DNA of 64,000 nt from a virus (IMGVR_UViG_3300009710_000010:30549-94548), one strand, 5' to 3'. Positions 19,975-31,154 are shown, counted from the stretch's first letter. A program made the numbers and translations. Notes: a model not told the origin generated them from the sequence alone.

Positions 19975-21825
19975 GTGAATAAATCAAACAAATTGCTTTC
20001 GAACTTAGTCGCATTCAGAACATACGCTAAATACTTACCGCATCTCTCACGAAGAGAATCTTTAGAAGAAACTATTAATAGAAATATGAACATGCATCTT
20101 GAGAAGTTTCCAAAACTTTCAAGAGATATTATTAAAGCTTATAAACAAGTTCACGATCTTAAAGTTATGCCATCAATGCGATCTTTGCAATTTGGTGGAG
20201 ATGCTATTTTTAAAAATAATGCACGTATTTATAATTGCGCGTTTGTTCATATAAAATATACAAGAGTCTTTGCAGAATCACTGTATCTTTTGTTATGTGG
20301 AACTGGTGTAGGTTACTCTATACAGAATCACCACATCTCGGAACTTCCATCTATTAGAAAACCAAAACGTGAAAATACTCATATGATTCATGATTCTATT
20401 GAAGGATGGGCAGACGCAGTCGACGCACTAATGAATGCGTATTTTCATGGGGCAATTAGACCTATTTTTGATTATTCTCAAATCAGTCCAAAAGGAACTT
20501 ATTTAGCGACTACTGGATCTAAAGCTCCAGGACCTGAGCCACTTAGATTAGCTTTAAATCAGGTAGAAAAGAAATTGCAAAACTCTATTGGTCGAAAACT
20601 TAATAGTTTAGAATGTCACGATATTATGTGCATTCTGGCTGATTGCGTATTAGCTGGAGGAATTAGACGAGCAGCTCTAATTGCTCTTTTTGATAAAGAT
20701 GATGAATTAATGCTTACCTGTAAACAAGGTGAGTGGTGGGTTAAAACTCCATACCGTGCACGTGCTAACAACTCTGCTATATTGGTTCGAAATGAAACAA
20801 CTAAAGAAGAGTTCTTGAGAGTTTTTGATGCGTGTATTAAATCTAATGCCGGTGAACCTGGATTTTTATGGGTAGACGATCGTGAAACTGGTGCAAATCC
20901 ATGCGTTGAAATTGGATTGCAATCTAATCAGTTCTGTAATTTGACAACTACAAACATGACTGGTATTAAAAACGAAAAAGACTTTTTAAATAGAGTCTAT
21001 GCTGCAGCTTTACTCGGAACTTTGCAGGCGTCATACACTGATTTTCCATATCTTGGGGAACGCTGGAAACAAGTTACAGAACAAGAGGCTTTAATTGGTT
21101 GCTCTTTTACTGGAATCGCCGATTCTCCTGAAATTACAGCTGAAATGCTTCAAAAAGGTGCAGAACTTGTAAAAGAGGTTAACGAAAAGTATTCTAAAAT
21201 TATTGGAATTAATGTCGCAGCTAGAACTACTGCTATTAAACCTGAAGGCACAGCAAGTTGCGTATTGGGTTCTGCATCTGGAATCCACGCACGTCATTCA
21301 AAGTATTATTTAAGACGAATCCGACTAAACAAAGAAGAGTCGCTTGCTAAATATCTTAAATTAGTAGTTCCTGATTTAGTAGAAGATGATTTGTTTAGTA
21401 CTCGTGATATAGTTGTGACTATTCCTCAAGAATCTCCAGAAGACTCAATCGTCAGAGAAAAAGAATCAGCTATGACTTTACTTGATCGAGTCCTTCATTA
21501 TAATAAGAATTGGGTAATTCCAGGACATAGATCTGGAAAAGCACGTCACAATGTTTCATGCACTATCAATTATAAACCAGAAGAAGTCGAAGCATTAGCT
21601 CAACGTATGTGGGAAGAACGAGACGTTTATTCAGGGATCAGCCTACTTCCATATGATGGAGGAACTTACCAACAAGCTCCGTTCGAAGAATGCACTAAAG
21701 AGGTTTTCGATTCTATTAATAAGTTGGTAAAAGATATTGATCTAACTCAAGTGTTAGAAATGGACGATCAAACAAACATGGCAGAGCAACTAGCTTGTGC
21801 GGGTGGAGTTTGCGAAATCCGATAA
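19975..21825 (+). CDS. nrdJ: Class II (adenosylcobalamin) ribonucleotide reductase
   Basis: RTYAK, MPSMRSL, YNC, ANPCVEI, FCNL, KPEGT, C-terminal CAGGVCEI; no NrdB seen. Confidence 0.92.
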   Translation: MNKSNKLLSNLVAFRTYAKYLPHLSRRESLEETINRNMNMHLEKFPKLSRDIIKAYKQVHDLKVMPSMRSLQFGGDAIFKNNARIYNCAFVHIKYTRVFAESLYLLLCGTGVGYSIQNHHISELPSIRKPKRENTHMIHDSIEGWADAVDALMNAYFHGAIRPIFDYSQISPKGTYLATTGSKAPGPEPLRLALNQVEKKLQNSIGRKLNSLECHDIMCILADCVLAGGIRRAALIALFDKDDELMLTCKQGEWWVKTPYRARANNSAILVRNETTKEEFLRVFDACIKSNAGEPGFLWVDDRETGANPCVEIGLQSNQFCNLTTTNMTGIKNEKDFLNRVYAAALLGTLQASYTDFPYLGERWKQVTEQEALIGCSFTGIADSPEITAEMLQKGAELVKEVNEKYSKIIGINVAARTTAIKPEGTASCVLGSASGIHARHSKYYLRRIRLNKEESLAKYLKLVVPDLVEDDLFSTRDIVVTIPQESPEDSIVREKESAMTLLDRVLHYNKNWVIPGHRSGKARHNVSCTINYKPEEVEALAQRMWEERDVYSGISLLPYDGGTYQQAPFEECTKEVFDSINKLVKDIDLTQVLEMDDQTNMAEQLACAGGVCEIR

Positions 21826-21840
21826 CAATAGGATTTAACA

Positions 21841-22296
21841 ATGATAACAGACAAAAAACTAAAAAAGTATTATCGCCACGCTCTGGCTGCTTCGGTGGAT
21901 TCTCCAGATCCATCAACTAAAGTCGGAGCCGTTTTAATCAATAAAAATTCAGGTGCCGTTATAGCTGATGGCTTTAATGGGTTTATTCGAGGAGCTCAAG
22001 ACGACAAGCTACCTCTCACACGACCAGAAAAATACGACTATATCATTCACGCAGAAACCAACCTACTATGTAATGCAGTAAAACATGGAATTTCAACTGA
22101 TGGTTGCGTTTTATTTTGTACCCATTCACCGTGCATTAAATGTATGCGTATGCTATATCAAGCAGGAATAAACGAAGTCTATGTTAAAGAGTTCTACTCA
22201 GACTTTAAAACTTGCTCGTCGATGCTAGACCTAAGTCTTGAGGTTACAACGCTGGGCGAATTTAGTAAAATAGAAATTAAACCAAAGAGGAATTAA
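21841..22296 (+). CDS. dCMP deaminase
   Basis: DPSTKVGA, HAETN, THSPCIKC. Confidence 0.92.
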   Translation: MITDKKLKKYYRHALAASVDSPDPSTKVGAVLINKNSGAVIADGFNGFIRGAQDDKLPLTRPEKYDYIIHAETNLLCNAVKHGISTDGCVLFCTHSPCIKCMRMLYQAGINEVYVKEFYSDFKTCSSMLDLSLEVTTLGEFSKIEIKPKRN

Positions 22297-22841
22297 TGAA
22301 AAACAGTATCGTAACAGTTAATATGGGAAACTCATCTTCAAACACGTTCATCGTTGATACTGACGAAGGAGATACAGTACTCCTAACTCATCCATTGGCA
22401 AAGGGTCTCTTAATGAGAGTTCCTAAAGATAAAGTCGATGTATCTGCTCCTAATATTAAAGATTCCACAGAACGTTGCATAGACTATGCAAATAATAATA
22501 AATCATATCTCGACTATAATACTGTTGGAGATTTAGAATCCGTAGGTACTCATTTTGCCTTTAAAAGGCAACTTACTCCTCGCCAAAAGCAAACATTAGC
22601 TAACATTTGCGGAGTTATTGCTAGTGTTAAATTTAATAATGATCTAAGAGAGGCCATGAACTTTGTCAGCAAAAATTCATCACTTTTAGATGAGTTTAAT
22701 TCTATGTGGTATAACAACTTCCGAGGTTTGTTTAATGGAAGTCAACAAGTTACGTCAAAAAAACAAAGAAGTGCAATATTTAATATAGCAGGATACGTTT
22801 TAGCTGAGTTGGAGAATCCAACGGCTAAAACTCGTAAGTGA
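22296..22841 (+). CDS. Hypothetical protein
   Basis: TAATG-coupled ORF, 181 aa. Confidence 0.6.
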   Translation: MKNSIVTVNMGNSSSNTFIVDTDEGDTVLLTHPLAKGLLMRVPKDKVDVSAPNIKDSTERCIDYANNNKSYLDYNTVGDLESVGTHFAFKRQLTPRQKQTLANICGVIASVKFNNDLREAMNFVSKNSSLLDEFNSMWYNNFRGLFNGSQQVTSKKQRSAIFNIAGYVLAELENPTAKTRK

Positions 22842-22876
22842 TATAATCTTACTATTCAATACACACAGGAGTACAG

Positions 22877-24691
22877 ATGTCTTCATTAAAACGGGCCCAT
22901 ATAGACTTCGTAATGAATTTACGAAAACAGGGAAAGACCTTCCTAGAAATCACATTAGCATTCGGTAAAAAGTTCGGTATTAAGAGATCTACTAGCTCAA
23001 TCGAAAGAATCTTTAAAACTTATAAAAACGAATACGACTTAAAATCTATTAAAAGTACAGTCGAAGTTAAAGCTGAAGTTATGCAGGAAAAGCTTATGAG
23101 TTCTTTCCTGGAACTCGTTTCTCTGCGCAAATACATTCCAATTCAAACAGAGTTCATTCAACACCATGGTGGAAATAAAGACACTATCAATAAATATTAC
23201 GGGTCATTTGACAATTTGATCCAGGAAGCCCGTAAGAGGGATCCAAAGGTATTTAAAAATATCATCGATGAAACATCATTTAATAATGAAGCATTTAAAG
23301 AATTACGAAACTATATTTCTGAACATAAGAGATTCTTTATAACTTCTGCGGTCACTGGATGTGACGTCCATGAGGACGCACTAGCTGCGGTACAAACTTA
23401 TTGCAAAAAGAACAAAGCGGCACTTTTAATTCTTCCATGTTCTGATCCAGCTCGTCAAAAAGACCATAAAAACAAGTGGACGCTTTCACCAGATCTTCCT
23501 AAAAAATCAGTAGTATTTAAGGAAGTTGCGCTAAACGACAATATTATACTTTCTACAATTAAAATGTCAGCAAAGCAGCTTCAGCCTTTGACAGGTATTA
23601 AGCGACTTTCTCAAAAGAAAGGTTCTGCAATCGTAGCGTCTCCTAAACAATTTCTTGAGTATGTTGCTAATTCCAATAACAATACTGAAATACCAAGAGC
23701 TCTAATGTCTACAGGATGTATTACTAAAGCTAGTTACCAGACAGAAATGTACATGTCTGAACGTACAGCTGAATTGGCAAATTTAGATCACGAATTAGGT
23801 GGCATTATCGTTGAAATTAAAAACGGTAAGATTTTCTTTTTCCGCCAAGTTCAAATCAATAAAAAAACAGGTTCATTTACAGATATTGACAAAAAATATA
23901 ATGCAGATGGAACTGTTGAAAAAGTAACTGCAGATTTAGTTCAAACTGGCGATTGGCACGTACTTTCAACATGCCCATCTACTCGTCGAATTGCTAAAGA
24001 AATTGTAGAAGCCGTCAAACCTAAATATCTTACATTTGAAGATTTTTTAGATGGTATTACCATCAATCCTCATGAAAAGCATAACTTAGTTGCGCTATCT
24101 AAAAAGGCCAAACAAGGTCTTTTAGCACTAGATCACGAATTAGAAGCTTGCGCTAAAGAGATCAACGAAGTATGTAAATGGCCGGCTGAAGAAGTCGTGT
24201 TTAAGTACGGTAACCACGAAGATTTTTTAAAACGATACTTAGCAGATGGTGCTTTCATGTACCAACCTATGAATAAAATTATTGCGATGAAACTTACGAT
24301 TGCTTTAGAAGAGCTTGAAGTTAATCCATTTGAATATGCAATGCGTGAAATGTATGGATTAGATCAACCTGATAAAGTTAAATTTTTATCTATTAACGAT
24401 TCTTTCAAAGTTAATGGAATTGAGAATGGCGCCCACGGGCACATGGGCAAGGGCGGTCGTAGAAACCCAGGTATGGCAGAAATCGAAGAGTGTTACGGAG
24501 CAGCCAACGTCGGTCACAACCACTCAGCTGCAATCTTTAGATCTGTATTTCGTGTGGGAACAAGCACTAAATTACAACTAAGTTATAACGATGGCCCTTC
24601 GGCTTGGACCCAAACACACTTAATTCAACATAAAGATGGATCACGCCAACTGATCAGCAATATTTATGGTGAGTGGAGACTTCAAGATTAA
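22877..24691 (+). CDS. Large calcineurin-like metallophosphoesterase with N-terminal HTH-like region
   Basis: GDWH, D.LDG, GNHE, HGH, GHNH metal-binding motifs. Confidence 0.75.
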   Translation: MSSLKRAHIDFVMNLRKQGKTFLEITLAFGKKFGIKRSTSSIERIFKTYKNEYDLKSIKSTVEVKAEVMQEKLMSSFLELVSLRKYIPIQTEFIQHHGGNKDTINKYYGSFDNLIQEARKRDPKVFKNIIDETSFNNEAFKELRNYISEHKRFFITSAVTGCDVHEDALAAVQTYCKKNKAALLILPCSDPARQKDHKNKWTLSPDLPKKSVVFKEVALNDNIILSTIKMSAKQLQPLTGIKRLSQKKGSAIVASPKQFLEYVANSNNNTEIPRALMSTGCITKASYQTEMYMSERTAELANLDHELGGIIVEIKNGKIFFFRQVQINKKTGSFTDIDKKYNADGTVEKVTADLVQTGDWHVLSTCPSTRRIAKEIVEAVKPKYLTFEDFLDGITINPHEKHNLVALSKKAKQGLLALDHELEACAKEINEVCKWPAEEVVFKYGNHEDFLKRYLADGAFMYQPMNKIIAMKLTIALEELEVNPFEYAMREMYGLDQPDKVKFLSINDSFKVNGIENGAHGHMGKGGRRNPGMAEIEECYGAANVGHNHSAAIFRSVFRVGTSTKLQLSYNDGPSAWTQTHLIQHKDGSRQLISNIYGEWRLQD

Positions 24692-24720
24692 GCTTCTCAA
24701 AACTAACGTTTACCTAGGCA

Positions 24721-24757
24721 AGAGCCATTGGATAAGATGAATCCGATGGCTCTTTTA
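24721..24757 (+). terminator. Stem-loop (terminator or processing hairpin)
   Basis: AGAGCCATTGGA / TCCGATGGCTCT followed by TTT. Confidence 0.55.
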
Positions 24758-24776
24758 GTTTAAAACGGAGGATAAA

Positions 24777-25343
24777 ATGCTTAATGTAAAATACTGTCTC
24801 AAATTGGGACAAGACATGTTCGAAATCACTGGAGATTTTAAAACAGAAAAGGAGTTCTTCCAAAAGATGGCTTTCTTTTCAAATCTTCCAAAAACTGCAC
24901 CGAAAGGCGCTACTGATCTTAAATTGGTAGTTCGAGAAACTAAAAAAGGTACATATTACTCTTTAGTTTCTGAATCTGAGAAAATGGAATTTCAAATTGG
25001 TCAGCATAAAGAAGGTGATACGCTTTATGCTAAAGACTGGGTTCCTCTGTATCAAGCTGAGACAGAACAAGGTCCTGCGACATTCGGTGGTCAATCTGCG
25101 CAAAAGACAGCAGCACCTACACAATCAACTGCTCCAGCGTTTGGGACTCAAACGGCAGCTGCTCCTGTAGCCCAAGCCGCAGCGCCAGCGTTTGGAACGC
25201 AAGCGCCAACTCCGGCACAACCTGCAGCGCCCGCTCCTCAAACTACAGCGCCAGCCGCAGCCCCAACCGCTGCTGCAGTGAGTCCTGCAATTCAGCAAAC
25301 TGCCAATAACGTATTATCGCGTTTTGGAATTCAGGCTAAATAG
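24777..25343 (+). CDS. Hypothetical replication-region protein with Ala/Pro/Thr-rich linker (repeated PAFGTQ)
   Basis: Strong SD; low-complexity C-terminal half. Confidence 0.7.
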   Translation: MLNVKYCLKLGQDMFEITGDFKTEKEFFQKMAFFSNLPKTAPKGATDLKLVVRETKKGTYYSLVSESEKMEFQIGQHKEGDTLYAKDWVPLYQAETEQGPATFGGQSAQKTAAPTQSTAPAFGTQTAAAPVAQAAAPAFGTQAPTPAQPAAPAPQTTAPAAAPTAAAVSPAIQQTANNVLSRFGIQAK

Positions 25344-25351
25344 GAGATAAC

Positions 25352-25672
25352 ATGTCAGAAGATCAAGGTCAAGATAATAAAGCAAACCGACGATACGTCG
25401 GTAAAATGCGAGGAACTAATACAAAGTATGGCACCATGTATAAAATCTACATGGACAATTTAGATGCTCAAAATAAAGACGGTACTCCAAATAAGTACTA
25501 TAAGGGTGCTTTAATTTGGGCAGATGCTGAAACTGGTAAAAATTATCATGTAAAACAAATGAGTTTATGGATTCCTAAAGATGGAATGGATCCAGCGTTG
25601 GTTGCAAAAGGATATTCTCATTTTATTACTTTAAATCTTGATGATCAATATGAAGTAACAGTTCTAGGTTAA
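25352..25672 (+). CDS. Putative ssDNA-binding-like protein
   Basis: Small, beta-rich, aromatic/basic, directly upstream of the primase; function is inferred from context. Confidence 0.35.
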   Translation: MSEDQGQDNKANRRYVGKMRGTNTKYGTMYKIYMDNLDAQNKDGTPNKYYKGALIWADAETGKNYHVKQMSLWIPKDGMDPALVAKGYSHFITLNLDDQYEVTVLG

Positions 25673-25694
25673 TATTCACATCTGAGGGGTATCC

Positions 25695-27743
25695 GTGAGT
25701 TTCTACCGATTAATTAAAGCTGATTGGGGCAAGCCGTTATTAGATAACGGCAAGCCTAATCCTAAATTTGTAACAGAAATCAAAGGTCCTAATACCTATG
25801 AAGGTTATAATTTTACTCCAGAATTCCTAAAAGAAAAGAATGAAGCAGGTTATAACGTTTATTTCTTTCCTAACCATCCTAAAAGAGACGTCTACAGCGA
25901 GGGTGTAGTATCTTTAGCCGGTAAACACATTGAGCAATTCAATTTTGTTTTTGTGGATATGGACTTAAAAGATAAAATCTATAATAGTAAAGATGAATTT
26001 ATCATGAAGCTATTAGAGTTTCCGCTTAAACCAACCATGGTGGTAAACTCTGGAAACGGTGTTCATGCATATTGGGCAGTAAACCCACTAACCCGAGATG
26101 AATACGTTTTTGCCCAATTAGCTCTCTTGAAATATTTTAAAACTGATGAGTCTGTTTTTACAGTTCTTCAATTAATGAGACTTCCTGGATATTTGAATAC
26201 TAAAAAACACAATGAATTTGTTCCAGCCTCTATAGTTGCGGAAGCATCTTCTAACTTATCTTATACTTTAGATCAGTTTCCTAAAGAAGTATTTGAGGCT
26301 CTCGCTCCTGAGGATATTGCGCGCGGTCAAAAACATCTAGACCGTCTAGACGGTAAATTAGCTATTAACGCTCCTGAGTATGTTAATATTGATGAAGTTC
26401 CTGAAAAATTCTTTGATTATATTAATGATCCTAAAAACAAACAAGCTTTAGATCTTTGGATGGATCCAAAAGGCACGTATGGTGATCGCTCTAAAGCTGA
26501 TATGAAGCTTGCAAACATGCTTTATAAAAGTAATTTTAATAAAAAAGAGGCTTTAGCTATTATTTCTAATACACAAAAGGCGTTAAGCCACGCTAATCGT
26601 AAACACTACGCTGAAACTACTGTTGATAAAGTTTATACTGAAAAATTAAATAGTAAATTTATGACAGTTGGTCAAAGAAATAGAACTGTCGAAGAAGATA
26701 GAAATCTTGGAGATTTAATCAGATGTTCTTGGTGGGTAGACACCAACGTATTAGGAAACCCGTGGAGAAAACGAGAATTGACAGGCTTAATAGCAGGTCC
26801 CGGCGTAGGCAAAACTTCAGTAACTTTAAAATGGATTAAAGACGCTATTGAAAACAACCCAGACAATGATGACATTTACGTAATATTTACATTAGAAATG
26901 TCGGTGGGAGAGATTCAAACTAGATGGAACAATTTAGTAGGAAAAGAGTCTCCACTAGCCGATCGTTTATATGTGATTGGTAATGAGACTGAAACATTCG
27001 AACCACGAAACGTAGGAATGCAAGAAATTGTTGAAGATTGTCTTGAATTAAAAAAGCTTACTGGTAAAAATATTGGAATGATGGCTATTGATCATATAGG
27101 TCTCATTTCGAAACATATCGATATTCGTAAAAAATATACGTTCGGTATTGATTCAGAACAGAACGCTGGTTATGGAAATATTAGGACATTAGGTCTAAAT
27201 TCCATTGCTAAACAAATGAAACCGTTATGTAAGTTACTAGATACCCATATTATCTTATTGACCCAGACTACTAAAGAAAAAGGTGTTGGAGATCTTCCAA
27301 TTGGTAAAGACGGAGCTTTTGGTATTTCAGATTATGAAAACATTATGGACCGTATCATTACGGTATGGCAGCCTTTAAAATTAGTCCAAGCTCAGACTAA
27401 AAATAGGTTTATGGCATGGCAATACGTTAAGATTCGAAGTAAGCACCAGAACGACAAGATACAAACGGATGAACCTAAAATAATGACGTACGATCTAGCT
27501 ACTGGGGATATTCAACCAGCTACCCAAGATCAATTTAATGAGTTTATGAGGCTATATCCGACTACCATTGAGATGCGTGACGCCATGATGAAGAAAAAGG
27601 GTGGAATTGGATATTCAATTCACGTAAATCTTGATACTTTAAATAAAGTAACATCGGCCCTAGTTAACAGGGGCGCAGGGGATAAAAATGATTTGGCAAA
27701 AGTACAACCTAATCAACACTCCGGAACTAATCAAGCAGGTTGA
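25695..27743 (+). CDS. Primase-helicase fusion (RepB'/AEP primase plus DnaB-like SF4 helicase)
   Basis: FVDMD, SGNGVHAYW, MRLPG; Walker A GPGVGKT, TLEM, IDH, LLTQ. Confidence 0.88.
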   Translation: MSFYRLIKADWGKPLLDNGKPNPKFVTEIKGPNTYEGYNFTPEFLKEKNEAGYNVYFFPNHPKRDVYSEGVVSLAGKHIEQFNFVFVDMDLKDKIYNSKDEFIMKLLEFPLKPTMVVNSGNGVHAYWAVNPLTRDEYVFAQLALLKYFKTDESVFTVLQLMRLPGYLNTKKHNEFVPASIVAEASSNLSYTLDQFPKEVFEALAPEDIARGQKHLDRLDGKLAINAPEYVNIDEVPEKFFDYINDPKNKQALDLWMDPKGTYGDRSKADMKLANMLYKSNFNKKEALAIISNTQKALSHANRKHYAETTVDKVYTEKLNSKFMTVGQRNRTVEEDRNLGDLIRCSWWVDTNVLGNPWRKRELTGLIAGPGVGKTSVTLKWIKDAIENNPDNDDIYVIFTLEMSVGEIQTRWNNLVGKESPLADRLYVIGNETETFEPRNVGMQEIVEDCLELKKLTGKNIGMMAIDHIGLISKHIDIRKKYTFGIDSEQNAGYGNIRTLGLNSIAKQMKPLCKLLDTHIILLTQTTKEKGVGDLPIGKDGAFGISDYENIMDRIITVWQPLKLVQAQTKNRFMAWQYVKIRSKHQNDKIQTDEPKIMTYDLATGDIQPATQDQFNEFMRLYPTTIEMRDAMMKKKGGIGYSIHVNLDTLNKVTSALVNRGAGDKNDLAKVQPNQHSGTNQAG

Positions 27744-30501
27744 TGATTTCTTAATGGATTCCAATGGGAATCCTAAATTTAATTTAATGTCGTACGATAC
27801 TGAAACCAACGGGTTGGAGTTGTATAAAACTTCAATTGTTGGTTTTTCGTTTTCAGTAGATTCACATAAAGGTTTTTATGTACCTCTATTGGTATGGGTA
27901 CCAGACCCTAAATCTAAAAAATCAAGAACTAAAGATAAGATCAAAATGGAAGTTTTTACAGATGGACATTTTGTAAATCCGTGGACTGGTAAAATACACC
28001 CAGAAAATGTCAAACCAAAAGATGTAGATTATCCTGAATGGGTTGGACCCATTATGCAAAGATGGTTCGGCAAGGCCCAACTCTTTATGTGGAACGCCCC
28101 GTTCGATATTAATCACACATATATTTGTTTTAATGTAGATTTAAAAGATAATCTAGTTGCCGACGGTGGATTACTAGCACATATCGCCAACGAGAACGAA
28201 TCTGTCGGATTAAAAGAATCTGCGATAGTTTATCAAAAACAACTAGGTATTAATCCATGGGCCATGGCCGATCAAGAGAAAAAAGAACTAAAAGGTTCCA
28301 TCATACTTAACGGCGGACAGGGTCGAGAAGTTTGGAGAGCAGATTTAGAGCCACAAATGAAATACGCTTGTGCGGATACGTTTCTTACACACGGCCTGGT
28401 GGAAGTTATTTTAACAGAAATAGCAAAAGAGCGTCGAGAACAATATTCTCAAACTGAGAAGTGGATATTCGATGATGAAGTAATGCCAGTATGTAAAGAA
28501 GTCGTTGTAGACATGAAACGTAAAGGCGTTTACATAGACGTTCCTCATTTCCAAAAACTATATGATCAGAATTCAAAAAAATTGATGGAGCTTGAGGATC
28601 AATTTATTAAAGATATTACTCCATTCTTAACTGATTTTGATAAAGGTAAATCTTTAGATGAGGCAGTATCTCATCAAAGATTAGTTAAAAAGATCATGGA
28701 ATTAGAGGGAGTAGCAATACCCCAGATTCTTGATAAGAAAAGCGGAGAGATGAAAGAATCTATCTCGAAGGCTGCAGTTAAAAAAGCGTATGAAGAGAAT
28801 CCTCATTGGATCTTTGGGTACCTATTAGATCAAGACGAAATTAAATATTCTGAAGCTAAATTAAACGAAATCAAACAAAAACTTTACGAAGAGGTAGAGG
28901 AGCGTAGGTATCGTTTTAATCTTAACTCAAATGCACATTTAATTTGGTTATTTTTTGATAAACTTAAAGAAGAGCGTCGTAAATTTCCTAAAACAGATGG
29001 CTCTACTACAGAAGAGTGGGTACCGTCGATTGATGCAGAGGCGATCAAGGAACACTTACTTCCTAAATACCCGTGGGTAAACTCACTCTTAAAATATAAA
29101 AAGATTCAAAAGATCCTTTCTACGTATGTGGCACCAGCTCTAGAACTTCAAATTGATGGCTGGATGTATATGGATATGAAGCAGAATGGTACAACATCTG
29201 GTCGATTCTCTTGTTCTGGTGGTTATAACTTACAAACCCTACCCCGCGTTGATGATGAGTACGAAGCATTAGATGAGTGTCACAAATGCGAAGCAAAGCG
29301 TTTAAATAAAGACGGAACTGAAACGGGCCTGATCACATTAGATGAATACATCGAATGCATGGCCAACAGAATCTGCAATAATTGTGGACACGTCGAGTAT
29401 GATATTCCACGACCATCCGCTATTAAAAAAGGATTCATAGCTCCTCCAGGTTACAAGATTATTAACGCAGACTACTCTTCGCTTGAGCCTAGATGCTTTG
29501 CGTATGAATCTCGAGAGGATAAAATTAAAGCTGTTTATAAACAAGGTTTAGATCTATATTCTAAAGTTTATTGCGATATGTTCGATACTCAAGGTCAGTA
29601 TTCCGCAGATCCTAAAGCTCCAAACTTCTTAAAAAAGGCATATCCAAAAGGTCGTAAATGGGTAAAACCAATAGTTTTAGGTATTCCTTACGGAGCCGGA
29701 GATGCGCAATGCGCAAATATGACGGGTGCTACTATTCGTTCTGAAAAGCCAAACGAGTATGGTATATATGAAGAACGTCCAGACATGAATAAGGGTAAAG
29801 AGATTAGAGATAAATATTTAGCGACCTATCCCAATCTACAACAATATATGTCACACCAAGAGTATATGGCTGTTGAGTATGGCTATGTTGATGCTAAATA
29901 TGGAAGACGTCGACACTTTGAATATGCTAAAAAGATCGGTGATTTCTTTGGAGCCAAGCCTTCGTCTTATGGAAATTATGATGATAAAATGGTAAAAATT
30001 GAACATTTTCTTAAAACAGGAAAAGCTCGATTAAACGGTACATCTGCGATTATTAAAGATAAACTTACGGGCAATGTTGTATTTAATCTTACAGAAGAGG
30101 ATTTGGTTGCACTAGCTGAAACTTTAGGCATGAGTTTTAGCATGGATAAATATGGAAAAGACGGTGTTAAACAAAAAGGTGGATGGTCTTACATTAGATC
30201 ACTTCTGAAAGCCGACTTAAATAATGCTAAAAATCATCCAATCCAAGGTTTAGCTGGACATATTGCCAACATGGGAATGCTGACAACAACTAGAGGTTTT
30301 AAAGCTAGAAACTTAAATGCGTGGGTAGCTTTGCAGGTACATGACGAAATTACGTGCTATGCTCAAGAAGATCAAGCGGAAATAGCTAAAGAAGTTTTAC
30401 AGTCTGGCATGGAAGACAATATTTATACTATCCCTCTTAAAGAGGATGTTGTTATGATAGCTGAACCTGTTATTTGCGATAATTTGAAAGATTCTAAATA
30501 G
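27688..30501 (+). CDS. polA: Family A DNA polymerase with 3'-5' exonuclease domain
   Basis: YDTETNG, TTSGRFS, ADYSSLEPR (motif A), RKWVKPIVLGIPYG (motif B), QVHDEI (motif C). Confidence 0.95.
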   Translation: MIWQKYNLINTPELIKQVDDFLMDSNGNPKFNLMSYDTETNGLELYKTSIVGFSFSVDSHKGFYVPLLVWVPDPKSKKSRTKDKIKMEVFTDGHFVNPWTGKIHPENVKPKDVDYPEWVGPIMQRWFGKAQLFMWNAPFDINHTYICFNVDLKDNLVADGGLLAHIANENESVGLKESAIVYQKQLGINPWAMADQEKKELKGSIILNGGQGREVWRADLEPQMKYACADTFLTHGLVEVILTEIAKERREQYSQTEKWIFDDEVMPVCKEVVVDMKRKGVYIDVPHFQKLYDQNSKKLMELEDQFIKDITPFLTDFDKGKSLDEAVSHQRLVKKIMELEGVAIPQILDKKSGEMKESISKAAVKKAYEENPHWIFGYLLDQDEIKYSEAKLNEIKQKLYEEVEERRYRFNLNSNAHLIWLFFDKLKEERRKFPKTDGSTTEEWVPSIDAEAIKEHLLPKYPWVNSLLKYKKIQKILSTYVAPALELQIDGWMYMDMKQNGTTSGRFSCSGGYNLQTLPRVDDEYEALDECHKCEAKRLNKDGTETGLITLDEYIECMANRICNNCGHVEYDIPRPSAIKKGFIAPPGYKIINADYSSLEPRCFAYESREDKIKAVYKQGLDLYSKVYCDMFDTQGQYSADPKAPNFLKKAYPKGRKWVKPIVLGIPYGAGDAQCANMTGATIRSEKPNEYGIYEERPDMNKGKEIRDKYLATYPNLQQYMSHQEYMAVEYGYVDAKYGRRRHFEYAKKIGDFFGAKPSSYGNYDDKMVKIEHFLKTGKARLNGTSAIIKDKLTGNVVFNLTEEDLVALAETLGMSFSMDKYGKDGVKQKGGWSYIRSLLKADLNNAKNHPIQGLAGHIANMGMLTTTRGFKARNLNAWVALQVHDEITCYAQEDQAEIAKEVLQSGMEDNIYTIPLKEDVVMIAEPVICDNLKDSK

Positions 30502-30509
30502 GAGTATTG

Positions 30510-31154
30510 ATGGCAAAATTAGTAGCATTCTGCGGAGCAAAAGAAAGTGGAAAGTCAACTTCGGCTGAACTTTTTAGACAAGCCGTAAACACCGCAACCG
30601 AAGAAGTGGCATTTGCTGGTCATTTAAAAAAGACCTGTGCTAAAGTTTTTAAAATTGACATTAAATATTTTTTAGATACTAAACTTAAAGAAGCTGAATT
30701 GGAAACTTATGTTAGACTAACCAAAGAAGCTATTGAGCAAATATTCCAAGAATTTGATATTCAAGCCTTTGATTATGACAAACATATACGTCCCCATATG
30801 GGTCAAGTTTTTGATACACCTCGTAAAATACTTCAATACGTTGGAACAGAAGTCCTACACCCTTTAGACAAGAATATCCATGTGAATATTACTCTTAAAA
30901 AGCTAAATCCAGAAGTAATTACAGTCGCCACGGATTTAAGATTCCCTCAAGAGTTTGATGCTTTAAAAGACAATAAAGATTTTATTCCAGTTTATGTTAA
31001 TAATAAAAAAGCAGAAGACGCAGCTGCAGCGGATACTCACGCATCTGAACAAGGTTGGAAACAGTTTAAGCACTTATGTATTGAGCTGGATAATAACGGT
31101 ACCATGTCCGATTTAATAGCAAATGTAAATAAATTTATTAAGGAGAAATTATGA
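30510..31154 (+). CDS. Deoxynucleoside monophosphate kinase
   Basis: GAKESGKST, FAGHLK, TPRKILQYVGTE, TDLRFPQE, HASE. Confidence 0.88.
   Translation: MAKLVAFCGAKESGKSTSAELFRQAVNTATEEVAFAGHLKKTCAKVFKIDIKYFLDTKLKEAELETYVRLTKEAIEQIFQEFDIQAFDYDKHIRPHMGQVFDTPRKILQYVGTEVLHPLDKNIHVNITLKKLNPEVITVATDLRFPQEFDALKDNKDFIPVYVNNKKAEDAAAADTHASEQGWKQFKHLCIELDNNGTMSDLIANVNKFIKEKL

Noticed and set aside
27688-30501. Inteins or introns in PolA
   Set aside because: The inserts are short, lack C/S...HN splice termini and endonuclease motifs, and the frame is continuous
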